Shown here piece by piece: positions 49,984-59,926 of a DNA stretch of 64,000 nucleotides. Within the stretch, counting starts at the first letter, position 1. Every line of letters starts with the position of its first letter. The DNA lies in NCBI GenBank assembly GCA_030704615.1, contig CM060732.1:4526001-4590000 (forward strand), given 5' to 3'. Under the pieces are notes generated by a model, which was not told the DNA's origin, did no database searches, and was given only the letters and a program-made list of their open reading frames with translations. The position numbers and the translations under genes were made by a program. The DNA comes from Takakia lepidozioides. Lineage: Eukaryota > Plantae > Bryophyta.

Positions 49984-52900
49984 TTAATCTTGAAAATCAT
50001 CCGAATCCTCATCCTGTTCTAGACTGTCCTGCTCCGCCTCCACCCCCTCATTGCCTTTCTCATCTCCAGCGGACTGCTCGTTGGCCAGGCTTTCAAAAAT
50101 CCCATCTTCCCCTTGCGGAACTGTCCATCTCACCTCCGTTGGGTCGTCTTCCTCCCTGTCTGCGTCGCTCTCATCCGCTGAATCACATATGTACTTTCGT
50201 ACCCGTCTACCTGTCTGAGCTGCTGCCAACTTTTCCTTATCCTTCTGTCCTCCCTAGCCCTCTCCAAATCTGCTCTACTTTACTGGGATTCTCACTTCTT
50301 CTAATCGCTGTATTTGCGAGTTTAGCTGCATAACTAGGAAGGGAGTAGTCCCTCACCGGGCTCGTCATGAAGTCGGCCCTCGCAAAGAACGGGACATTCT
50401 TCCTGGCAGGAAGTGTAGGCCCTACATGTTTCGACCTGGACCCTGCAATCCTTGCACATGACAATCATCAACGAGACTAATGAGAACCACAGTCCGGAAA
50501 TTCGTTTGACAAAAATGACCCAGAAGGCTTTGCAAACTTACAATGTTTGCACTCACTCGTATTCCGGGTTCTCCTCCGCATCAATGTCCACTGTGTCTTC
50601 CTCGGACTCCGACGAATCCGAGGAGACTTCCGCTCTGTTGGGAGCCTTAACATTCCGTTGCAGCCCTTCCAGATGGGATCCCCACACGGATGAATCCTCC
50701 TCGTAGGCAAAGAGGTGCCGGTCGGAAAACCGCCCAGCCCACATTGAGGCACCTGTTACAATGCCATCCACACATTACAACATGGCGCTTCAGATGTTGC
50801 GAACTACATCCTAACGAGAATTTGCAGAACAGCATAGATCAAGATTCTGCATACCTGTCCCACAGATGAGGTCGAGCACTGTGCCCTCCACGTCTGTGCA
50901 TGTCTCCATAATTGTCTGAATGAAGGCAGGGCTCCGAGTCCGTGAGTACCGCAGGGGTTCCGTTGAAGTGAGGCTATGAGGGAGAAGTTCCTTGGGAACG
51001 TTGTTGAACAGAACGTCGTAATCGAGGGGGTCGCAGTTCGGGTCAACCTTTCCTCCCTCCTTCCGGAAAGCAAAGGTGGAGTTCTCCTTCACAAAGCAGT
51101 ATGCATCGAACTGCTTCGTCTGCATACACAGGGGGGAACGATTAGAAACCGAAATGCGGCACCGCATTTGAAAACACCCAAGCAAATGAATGGACGAGTG
51201 CCAGTGTCGTAATCACCTTCTTCCCTTCCGACCGAAGGCCCAGTGTGTTGATGCACGTCCACTTCTTTTTCAGAATCGGGACGGCGCTCTTGCGGGTCCA
51301 CTTCGCAATTCCTGTCTGAGTGTTTTTTCCTCTGCTCGCCAGGACAACCACACAGCCTCTGTCGTCCAACACCATGCGGGCAAGCCCGAATCCTTTCTTC
51401 CAAAAGTCCTCCGAGTACCTGTTCCAAGATGGCAAAGCTTGCAGTCCTTCCACAGGCTCTCCGTCCGGAATATCCAAGATGATCATATCGCAAGACCACT
51501 CGGTGGCATTTCCGCCCCTCCTACAATCCTTGTCTGCACACACCCTCTCAAAGAACGAGACCATATTCTGAAATCCTGGGGTGTCGGAAGGCTCTTCGGC
51601 AGTCGCCTTCTTCAGTGCTCTGCCCTTCAGACCCTCCATGGTCTTCATGTATGCCAACTTGGCTGCCCGTCCATCCAAAGCCGCCAAGAAACTCTCATTT
51701 ACACACTGGACTACTGTTTCGGGAGCCACTTTCGGCCTCTTCATTTCCACCGGCTCGAAAGGGTGCCCCCTGGGGGGTTGAAGAGTGCCTTCTTTGCCGA
51801 GCCAGTTCTCGTGCCTCTCGTGACAACGGTGGGCACAGGGGAGGCAGCCTGCGTTTGGGGGGGTGGGCTGGTTGCAAAGTCTCCATCGGAGTCCTCTTCC
51901 TCACCCTCTTCCTGAACAGGCTGTTTCTGCTTCTTCGTTTTGGCGGGTGTCACAACAGCTGCTCCTTGCTGGCGAGTCCTCTTCTTCGACCCCTTCTGTT
52001 GGGCCTGCACAGCTGCATCCACCGTCTTTTGTGCCATCTCAGCTGCCTTTCTGGATTCTTCCAGAGCAGCAGATTCCTTTGCCGACTTTGGCCCAGCAGG
52101 GACACGTCTTTCCTTTCTCTTCTCTTCTGCCAAGGCGTGCAGATCTTTCTCAGACTCGTCAACAATACCGCCAGACATATCCAGGTACCAGGGCATCCAA
52201 CGAGATGCGCGGGATGCCATTGTTTCTGCATCTCGGGTGTGTAGACACAGCTTGGGCCCGCCACGGTCCAAGCCATGAAGAACGGGGGCTCTTGAGCCAG
52301 GGCCCCTGTCTGAAGGAGCACGTATTTCATATACCTGCAAGGCAGTCAGCATGCGTGAGCATAAGATTGGACGAACCTACTCGCAGAGTGCCACCGAAAA
52401 CATAAAATGCGAATGCGGTGCCGCATTTCCGAGACAAACCTCGTAACCAGGCTTCGCATACAAGGGCAGCTGTGCTTCACCTGTAAACAATTCGCATTGC
52501 AGCTTTCCCCGCTCCCTCCTGATGTGTAAACTCCACGCTCCTTCTTGCTGTCTGTAGCTCTCTGGCGAAAATGTTGTCCTTGTACGCACATCTGAAACGT
52601 GTCACGTAGTCTTCCAATGTCTGTGTTCCATCCCATTTGACGTACAAGCCGAACGAATTTGTGTGCATTACGACTTGCTCCTTCGCATTCGACATTACCT
52701 GCGATTCCCAAATGCATTGTCACGTAGCAGTTCAGGGAATTCATTTCAGAAAAGCAAATCTGGGGAAGTACCTTGAATTACCTGGAACCACCAAGTCATG
52801 CGGTTGAGCCACACATCCACTGCAGGGTCGGAAACTTCGAGTGGAAAAGACCACATTGTCCTTATGCTCTCGGATGCATTCCAGATCGACAGCCACCGTG

Positions 52901-55103
52901 TCTGCCATTTCCGATCCAATGTCAGGAGCTGGAAGAGAGTGGCTATTGCTAGGAAGGAACTTCAGTGCATTGAAACCTCACCTTCTCTTTCGCCTCAACA
53001 CATGCCGTTGAGAGGTGATGCAGTTTCTCCAATTGCATGGTCGGCTGCATGGCCCGAGAATAGTGTTTTGCAATCTCGGGGATGAAGTCCTTTCCAAGTG
53101 CCGGATCTGCAATTGCCACCAGCTTCACAAGCTTTGACTTGTATTTGGTTCTGGACTTGACACCGGCTTCCTTCAAGTGCTCAGTCAATGACTGCAACGT
53201 TTTGACCTGCCCCTCACTTTCCATGAAGAAGCGTTTGGCATGGGCCAAATCCAGCTTGATGTTTGACTGCCAACAAAAACATGCAGAAGCGTTACATTCG
53301 ATTCATGTGGAAAGATTACTGGAAATTGGGGAAGGATGAGCAGAGGGAAATTGGAGGACGACTTACTTCGTATATCACCTCCACCATTCCATCCATAGTG
53401 AGACGATACCATGTCCGGTCTGTTTTTGCAACGGCTTTCTGAATAGCTCGGGCTCCAGCATTTCCGCAAACATCTGCGGATCAGTGAGACCAGTTTTCCT
53501 CACCCTGTACAGCATATGTGCCATGTGGGTATGCACGTACGCATTCTCAGTGACCCTGCAAGGCACACTCTCCAGTTCAGTACACGGAAGCACGGAAACA
53601 AACCAGAATGGAAACCGAAATGCGGCACCGCATTTCGAACGTGCTAGGGAGGGTATGAGTATCTTACGAGTTGAGGTCCGCCATGGCATTCTTGAGCAGG
53701 GAGGAGTCTGCCGCCTTCACCTTGAGGATGACACACTCCACCATGTAATGCCAGCCAATGTGCTTGGCATGGTTCTGCTTGATGTACTCCCACCAGGCAA
53801 GAAGTCGGTGATTCCCGTCCCACACAAAGAACATTTTACCCGACATATGGCCGAAGTCTGGATCACCCTTCAGCGTCGCCTCGAATTCGTTGTTGCGAGT
53901 GTGCTAGTGGGTATCCCACGTTGACAATTCATCGGCAGTGGGTCCACGAGTTTCGTCGTCTCATTCTCAATGGAAACGTAAAACGCTGCCGATCCCAGAC
54001 GGTACCCTTCTCAAAATGCGAACTTCAGCTTATCCACATCTCCGGGAAGGGCCTGCCTGACGATGGGAAGGGAGACCATGCGACAGAGTGGGATTCAAAG
54101 AGTCCGCTGGAATACCCTGCTGCCCAGAACTCTGCCAATGCTACTGTGTGTCTCCTCCAACATTTTATCCGCTGCACTTTTGAAATCCTCTGGAGACATG
54201 TCTGTAGGTGCCGGTAGTGGCTGAGCAGCTGGAGCATCCTCAACTGGAGCTGCACTCTGGGGCCTGTTTGCGGGCAATTCTGCCATTGCAGAGGCCTCCT
54301 CAAGGCCTGCTTGCTCATCGGTGGTGAGGTCTTGCTGCGAACGTTGAGCGGCAGCACCCTCCTCCGGTACCAAATCGACAGAAACGGTCGATCCCATTGC
54401 CTTCGCTGCAGCAGAGACGGCCCCAACATCTGCAGGCGGGAAATCCTCCAGGAACTGAGCTTCAGCTCGTGGAAGCGGTTTTGCGGGAGATTGTTCGGCC
54501 GTCGCCCTGATTGCCTTCTGCTTCCTCATCCTTGCAGGTGAAGGTGTCTGCTGCAATTGAATCTGTCTTTTACCCTGCTGCTTCATTCGCGTTGGTGAGG
54601 GTGAAACGGCCTGAGCCGGTTCAGAAACTAGTAGAGGGACGGGCTGCTTCTTCTTCGACTTTGCTGGAGAAGGGCCCGACCCCTGCTGGCGATTCTCCAT
54701 GACGGAAGAACGCGAGTCGATCTCTGGGGCTTTGAACTTGCCCTTCGAAGCCGCGTCTTTGAAATGCACAGGGCTAGGCCCGGCAGGAATACCCGCGCTC
54801 GGGGATCGGGTGGGTGTACGTGCTGCAGCTAGCTCCACGGACTCTTCCTGCGGCTCTTCGGATTCCTGCGATCCCTCCAGCACGTCCACCTTTCCTGTTA
54901 GGCATGCAAACATGTTCTGCATTCAAGTCTCCTAGCATTCAGTCTAAGAATTACAGAAGCAAAATGGGTGGTTCGGTGCTCGATCAGCTGCGCGCAGCCC
55001 AATCGCATGGAGCTCTCACTGGTGGCTGGGTTGCCTGAGTGGCCTGCTGCTCGGAGATGGCAATCTCCTCCTGTAGACGCATCTGCTTCCTCCCCTTCGG
55101 CAT
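49984..55103 (-). pseudogene. Multi-exon gene: ParB/Srx-like domain plus beta-class N6A/N4C DNA methyltransferase-like domain and acidic tail; decayed
   Basis: IPLCRMV...FYVS...FFVWDGNHRLLAW (DGNHR at 53805-53819). Motif IV-like CDMIILDIPDG (DIPD at 51463-51474), then ARMVLDDRGCVVV. RSPAFIQTIMETCTDVEGTVLDLICGT|GASMWAG...RHLFAYEED, with motif I split by GT-AG intron 50753-50854. Several CGA>TGA/TGG>TAG-type stops and frameshifts. Exon boundaries are partly inferred. Confidence 0.75.
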
Positions 55104-55541
55104 TGGCCTACGTCCGAAGTATAATTTTCGGAGCTTCCGACGAGGTCTCCTGTCTGGTGCACGAACTCCCCCCCTCTCAGGTTCGAGCATAAGAAGAACA
55201 GAGACAGGGAAAAGGGGCAAAGAGTGCAGATAGAAAGGGCGCGAGAGGGGTGACTGAGGAGACACGACAAAAGTAGATGAAACGGCGGTGATGCACCACT
55301 TGGGTTCGAAAGGGTTGGACGAAAGTGTCTCCTCGTGGACTTTGCGTCATTACAAAATTCGAATCGTTCAGGGTACGCCTGCCGTCCGAAAACCAAACAT
55401 CATTATCCAACGGTCAGGCCGCGCCGCCTCATGCCACTTCAGTCAGATAGAGTGCAGACATGTGCCGCAATTCCGTTGCTCCACGTGTTCACATTTCAAG
55501 GCATTTCCGTCCCAGCGTCTGATGAGTTGGAGTGAAAATGC

Positions 55542-57111
55542 GAATGCGGCGCCGCATTTCCGTTAAGTACCATCACGAAGCTATACATCCGTACTTGTTG
55601 GAAGAAAATGCGGCACCGCATTTCCGTTCCACCTTCACATACCTTAGTTGTTGAACGGAAATACGGTGCCGCATTTCCGTCCAACAGCTCCATGTATGAG
55701 ATACAAAAGGGAAATGCGGCGCCGCATTTCCGCTCTGGAATGTCGAAAGGTGCGATTCGGACGGAAATGCGGCACAACATTTCAGTTCCCGTGGTTCATG
55801 ATTTTCAATCTGAACGGAAATACGGTACCGCATTTCCGTTCCCCCTTCACATACCTTAGTTGATGAACGGAAATGTCGTGCCACATTTCCGATCGGCAAA
55901 GTATAGAGGTCTCATCTGAACAGAAATGCGGTGCCGCATTTCCGGTCTGGAAAGTTTGAAGGTCTCACATGGATGGAAATGCGTCACCACATTTCCGTCC
56001 CACAGCTCCAGGCCTCATTCACAAAACGGAAATGCGGCGCCGCATTTCCATCCATGTATGTCGGAAGGTGCGACTCGGACGGAAATGCGGTGCCGCATTT
56101 CTGTTCCCGTTGTTCACGATTTTCAGTCAGAACGGAAATGCGGTAGCGCATTTCCGTTCTGTAGAGTATGAAGGTCTGACCCTGGCGGAAATGCGGTGCC
56201 GCATTTTCGTTCCACAGCTCCATGCCTCACATACAAAACGGAAATGCGGCGCCGCATTTCCGTTTTGGAATGTCGGAAGGTGCGACTCTGACGGAAATGC
56301 GGTACCGCATTTCAGTTCCGATGTTTCACGATTTCTCATCAGAACGGAAATGCGGTGCCGCATTTGCGTTCTGGAATGTTGGGAGGTGCGACTCGGATGG
56401 AAATGCGCTGTCGCATTTCAATTCCGATGGTTCACGATTTTCAGTCAGAACGGAAATGCGGTACCGCATTTCCGTTCTGGATAGTATGAATGTCTCAAGC
56501 GGTCGGAATTGCACTCGGCTCCATGCAGCAGATACAAAATGGAAATGCGGCGCCGCATTTCCGTTCTGGAATGTCAGAAAGTGCGACTCGGACGGAAATG
56601 CGGTGCCGCATTTCTGTTCCCGTTGTTCATAATTCTCAATCAGAACGGAAATGCGGTACCGCATTTCTGTTCCACCTTCACATACCGTGCTTGTTGGATG
56701 GAAATGCGTTACCGCATTTCCGTTCTGGAGAGTATGAATGTCTTGTGAGGACGGAAATGTGGTACAACATTTCTATCCCTCAGCTCCATGCGTCAGATAT
56801 AAAACGGAAATGTTGCGCCGTATTTCTGTTCTGGTATGTCGGAAGGTGCGACTGTGACGAAAATGCGGTGCCGCATTTCTGTTCCCGTTGTTCATAATTC
56901 TCAATCAGAACGGAAATGCGGTACTGAACAGAAATGCGGTACCGCATTTCCGTACCACCTTCACATACCGTGCTTGCTGGATGGAAATGCGTTACCGCAT
57001 TTCCGTTCTGGAGAGTATAAAGGTTTTCCCCCGGACGGAAACTCGGTGCCGCATTTCCGTCGCTCTGGTGCATGACCAAGATGCAATACGGAAATGCGGC
57101 GCCGTATTTCC
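55542..57111. repeat. Phased array of ~30 22-bp palindromes at 53-bp period, with ~5 recurring 31-bp spacer types
   Basis: Motif starts at 55604, 55657, 55710 ... 56452 (step 53), 56541 ... 56912 (step 53), then 56930, 56983, 57037 and 57090. Confidence 0.95.
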
Positions 57112-57528
57112 GTCCACCAGCAATCGAAAGAATCACTCGGGACGGGAAATCTGGAACCTGAATGGGTTGCATTGTTCCGAAACAACACAATTGCGGCCAG
57201 TCTTGATGAGCACAACTTGGTTGTTTGACCGTTTTAACTAACAGTACTTGCACTTGTCAGTGCGAACGTTCCTGTCTGCACCGAGAATACTGCTGGATCC
57301 ACCCTGAGGAGAAACTGTCAGGAGATGTTATTTCGTCGCCGAATCGGCCATCATTGTCATACTTACTGGCTATGGAATCACACCTCCCACCTTCATGCAT
57401 GTAGCTTGAAACAATACTTTCCACTTCAATGTGCGACTTCCAATCGTCGATGGACTCCGCATGGTGCCTGTGAGCCTTGGTCTGTCGCTATACTGAACCT
57501 CGCACTTGCCAACTTCGTGCGGTGTTCG

Positions 57529-58965
57529 ATGGCTCCGAATTCCTACGCTATAGGTTGCTGTCCTCCGCAACTTGGGAGAGCCTGGATCCCAAACGAGGGA
57601 GGACTTTGCAGAGTGACTGAAACTTACCTTTGTTCCAAATTCAAGCTCAAACCGGGCACAGTTTATTTGGAAGAAGAAAGGAAGGATGTTCCTGGACAGG
57701 TTGACGAGACCATTGTCGTGCTAGGTAACGACGGAGGTTGCGGAATCGAATGGCACGTACCCCCATCAGACACCATCCTGTACCGAGCTGTGGGAATGCC
57801 CATTCCCTTTCCGAATCAGTCGCTGCCCACACCATCCACAAAGGAGTCCGGAAACCGACAGGCGGCCACTGCCAACAGAGAGGTATGCAACGATAATCAT
57901 TCCCGACCTGGACCGTCAAGAGCGTCCATAGCTTCTCGTGTGGACGTATTCGACATTTCCGACGAGGAAGATGATTGCATTGAGGTACCCATGTCCTCCA
58001 CACGGTCGTTCAAATCCGGCATGGACGTCTCTGTAGGTGCTACGCATGTGCCCTCGAGCATAACTCCAACCCGGTCCATTGTGCAGCTCCTACGACAACA
58101 TCACCTCGATGGTTCTTGCTCCGAGCTGGCTGCTCTCGACTATGCCAAATTCCCAGTCAGAAAGGTAACGTTTCTGCCTCCCGAAGTCAATGGCAATGTC
58201 ATCTTCGAGTTTCCACCTGTTTCTTCGTCAAACAAAGCCTCCGGGATGTTAACAGACATGGATCGAAAGCATGACGGACACCCCTGGTGTGTGACGAAGA
58301 CCAGTAGCACGAAAATTGCTGATGGTGTTCGTGTACAATATGTCCTCTGTGCGGGGAAGCTGAGGTGCCTCAATCCCACCTGCTTCCACTTTCTCTCCAA
58401 AGGAGGGCGGAGAAACGAGACGGATTGGACTGGCACAACGCATCATCCATTCATTGTCTCCAGCCAAGCTCCTGCGGGTTCTTTCAAGTGTGCACATTGC
58501 AAAGAACCACCGACGTGCATGTCCATGTGCAGAGCCAAGCAATATTACGTAATCCATTTGCTCCCGGACTTGACTAGAGCTTGCATACACGTTGGGGTCC
58601 ACTGCCACCCCTTGGCGAGAGGCAACATGAGTGAGGCTGTGCAGGAAGCACACGACATCATAAAAGAGGAGGTGAAATTGAGCCCCGGAGCCAGACCAAA
58701 GCAGATTCAGCTGAAGGCAGCCCACAAGATTGCTCTTGGCAAAATCATGTCTGAAGATGGTTCCGACCGAGAGCCCTTGACCAAAGACGAGATGCGTGAC
58801 CTCTTGGAGTCCGTCTCGCACGTTTGTAGTCCGAATGTGCGGAATCACATCGTATCTTGCAAGCAGGAGTTCGGCAGGGGGTCGGACATGTACTCAATCC
58901 TGGAGGTGAAACGAATGACTGGATATGACTACATCCAAGGTAGCAGGTTTCCAGGGCAGGGCAGC
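57529..58965 (+). pseudogene. Mutator-like transposase N-terminal half with GCM-like zinc-finger DNA-binding domain; truncated before the DDE core
   Basis: MDRKHDGHPWC...CAGKLRCLNPTC...CAHC...RACIHVGVHCHP...FPGQG; collinear with the DDE/SWIM-bearing gene at 59927-63496. Confidence 0.8.
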
Positions 58966-59480
58966 GCCATGGTAGCAAGACGTTGCTCTAGTTGGGCAAG
59001 TCTATCCACCATGCCTTGGTCATGACCTTGACCCTGACCCTGTGCTTCATGGTTTTGGACCTCCACCACGACCTCTACCTCCTCTATCTCTCTGGACTAC
59101 ATTGCCTCGTCCTCGGCCACCATTGTTCCCTTGGAACTGGCCTGGCCATAGCTCAGGATGCAATTCATAACAATGGGCCTCCTCATGCCCATACTTTCCA
59201 CAAATGCCCACAGTGTAGTTGTGTAGCCGGTGCCTGTGCCGCCCTTTGCCTCTCTCCAAGCAATCCTTCTTGACATGGAGTCCTCCACAATCCCAACAAG
59301 TCACACCCGATTGTTGTTGGCCTGAGAATGAAGGAAGAGACCTCTGCATCTGAGATCATCTCTGTCCTTCCCTGGGCTTTGCCTGAGCCCCCTTGTTGCC
59401 TTGAGCACGTTGGGGAGTTGGTTGTTGTTGGCTAGGAACACCACTTCGTTGTGTCTCCTTGCCAAACCCCACCATAACCA
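58966..59480 (-). mobile_element. Gag-like zinc-knuckle fragment of an LTR retroelement
   Basis: CWDCGGLHVKKDC, ICGKYGHEEAHC and RGG-rich tract. Confidence 0.55.
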
Positions 59481-59926
59481 CTTGCTCCTCCACCATATTG
59501 AGCTCTATCCACTCTGCTAGCAAAAACACATTTGCCAGCGTAGCTGCGACGTGCGCCCAGCCCCGTGAGCCTGGGAGTTGAGCTCACGTTGTAGTAGCAA
59601 AGCGTGAGCGGCACAAATCTACTGTAGAAGCAGGTCCTATAGGCGAGGATTGCAGGAAGAGGGCCTATTACCGTGGACAAAACAAAGGGGGCCACCATGC
59701 ACCATGTCTGCAATGCCTGCACAAAAAGAGGAATATGAAAATATGGCAGATTTGAGCTCAGAATGATTGACACACTTTATTTCAATTCACAGATAGACGC
59801 TTACAATGAATGGCATGTGCATTTGCCCTAGTTCCGTGAACGAAATGTATGTGTTTGTCCTAAATGCAAAGTTTTCACACGATAACCTGGAAACCAGCAT
59901 GGGAAGCGGGCATGGCTCGTGTGTGT

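Noticed and set aside
55542-57111. CRISPR array (palindromic repeat with constant-length spacers)
   Set aside because: Spacers recur in about five classes rather than being unique, repeats are degenerate, no cas genes are present and the context is eukaryotic.
55496-57253. Repetitive ORFs (EMRCRIS / KCGAAFP / GNAAPHF)
   Set aside because: These are translations of the palindrome on both strands; the 53-bp period is not a multiple of 3.
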